Shown piece by piece: positions 50,236 to 50,547 of a DNA stretch of 50,547 nt (position 1 is its first letter; each line of letters starts with the position of its first letter). Location: contig DAOWCM010000001.1 in NCBI GenBank assembly GCA_030639555.1, forward strand, positions 1 through 50,547, in the 5' to 3' direction. This DNA comes from Candidatus Eiseniibacteriota bacterium (GTDB lineage Bacteria; Joyebacterota; Joyebacteria; Joyebacterales; Joyebacteraceae). The notes below the pieces were generated by a model. That model searched no databases, was not told the origin of the DNA, and saw nothing but the letters and a program-made list of their open reading frames with translations. The position numbers and the translations under genes are program-made.

Positions 50236-50454
50236 ATGATGGGAGAACCCGGACTGGCAGAGCGGGTCCAGATGGCCGCGGACTGCGACAGGGGCTCGGC
50301 GGACGAGATCCGCGACATGTGCAAGCGCGTGACGCAGAAGGAGATGAACGTCTCGGCGTTCGTCGGCGGACTGCTGGCACTCTCGAACGTGATCGTGGAG
50401 AACTCGGAGCACCTCCAGCGAATCCTCGCCGAGCTCCCGGAAGAATCCTCGTGA
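50236..50454 (+). CDS. Hypothetical protein (72 aa)
   Basis: RBS AAAGGAG lies upstream of ATGATG. Confidence 0.5.
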   Translation: MMGEPGLAERVQMAADCDRGSADEIRDMCKRVTQKEMNVSAFVGGLLALSNVIVENSEHLQRILAELPEESS

Positions 50455-50547
50455 ACCTCGGCCGCGCGACTCAGCTCGCCATCCAGACGATGTGCCGCTA
50501 CCTGCCGGAGGACTCCCAGGAGTGCCGCCTAGCCATCGCCACGTTCG
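50451..50547 (+). CDS. 5' fragment of a CDS running off the window
   Basis: GTGA overlap with the upstream stop. The frame is open to the window end. Confidence 0.3.
   Translation, partial: MNLGRATQLAIQTMCRYLPEDSQECRLAIATF

Larger units (their letters stand above)
1..50547. mobile_element. Tailed phage or prophage genome segment (tail/lysis block, replication block, accessory small-gene block)
   Basis: Contiguous phage-type gene content over the whole window with tight gene packing and stop/start overlaps. No housekeeping host genes seen. Neither element end lies in the window. Confidence 0.85.

Noticed and set aside
1-50547. Search for tRNA/tmRNA genes, CRISPR repeats, integrase/att sites, reverse transcriptase (DGR/retron) and transposase genes.
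   Set aside because: The non-coding gaps are too short and lack cloverleaf-like or regularly spaced repeat structure. No ORF showed integrase, RT or transposase motifs. Lysogeny or DGR functions, if any, lie outside this window.

Overview
The window is a visibly GC-rich slice of a tailed phage (siphovirus-type) genome or prophage. I saw no host-chromosome genes, tRNA/rRNA genes, CRISPR array or integrase. All family names come from motif recognition by eye; no database search was run.

There are three transcription blocks:

1. 1-16834 (+): late tail morphogenesis and lysis. It holds a connector fragment, a terminator-like protein, an oversized tail tube protein, a gpG/gpGT chaperone pair with a probable -1 frameshift, an HK97 gp10-like protein and a 1233-aa tape measure. 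Next come two paralogous tail-tip proteins, a Dit-like protein, a DUF2163/BR0599 hub and a 1080-aa gpJ-like protein with a LamG-like tip. The block ends with a lipoprotein, a holin candidate and an M15 endolysin.

2. 16919-36633 (-): early/middle replication block.
- Its first genes are a large metallophosphoesterase and a proteasome-like Ntn hydrolase.
- The replication genes are a PrimPol/VirE primase-helicase, a DUF2800 nuclease, a DUF2815 SSB, a family-A DNA polymerase, a VRR-NUC nuclease and an SNF2 helicase.
- A DUF5664 NTP-diphosphohydrolase-like protein follows them.
- An accessory island of small membrane, lipoprotein, SLOG and P-loop genes sits between the SSB and the polymerase.

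3. 36763-50547 (+): about 45 mostly tiny genes chained by ATGA/GTGA/TGATG overlaps.

Most unusual observations:
- A coupled cassette at the head of block 3: a sensor-less GGDEF cyclase, a mini-lipoprotein, a HicA-like protein and a partner.
- An RtcB + RlaP-type nucleotidyltransferase + HAD 3'-phosphatase-like RNA-repair module.
- Sigma-54-type -24/-12 elements in two of the few non-coding gaps of the minus-strand block.
- A membrane protein with a His-rich patch and a poly-acidic repeat tail.
- A 22-bp perfect direct repeat bracketing a 54-codon ORF at the 3' end of the polymerase gene.
- A repeated GGACACCCCCC-N5/6-ATTTTC intergenic motif near the right edge.

Many long ORFs in the track are antisense or alternate-frame artefacts of the high GC content. 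Many track ORFs also carry spurious N-terminal extensions. I re-set those starts using RBS positions and stop/start overlaps.
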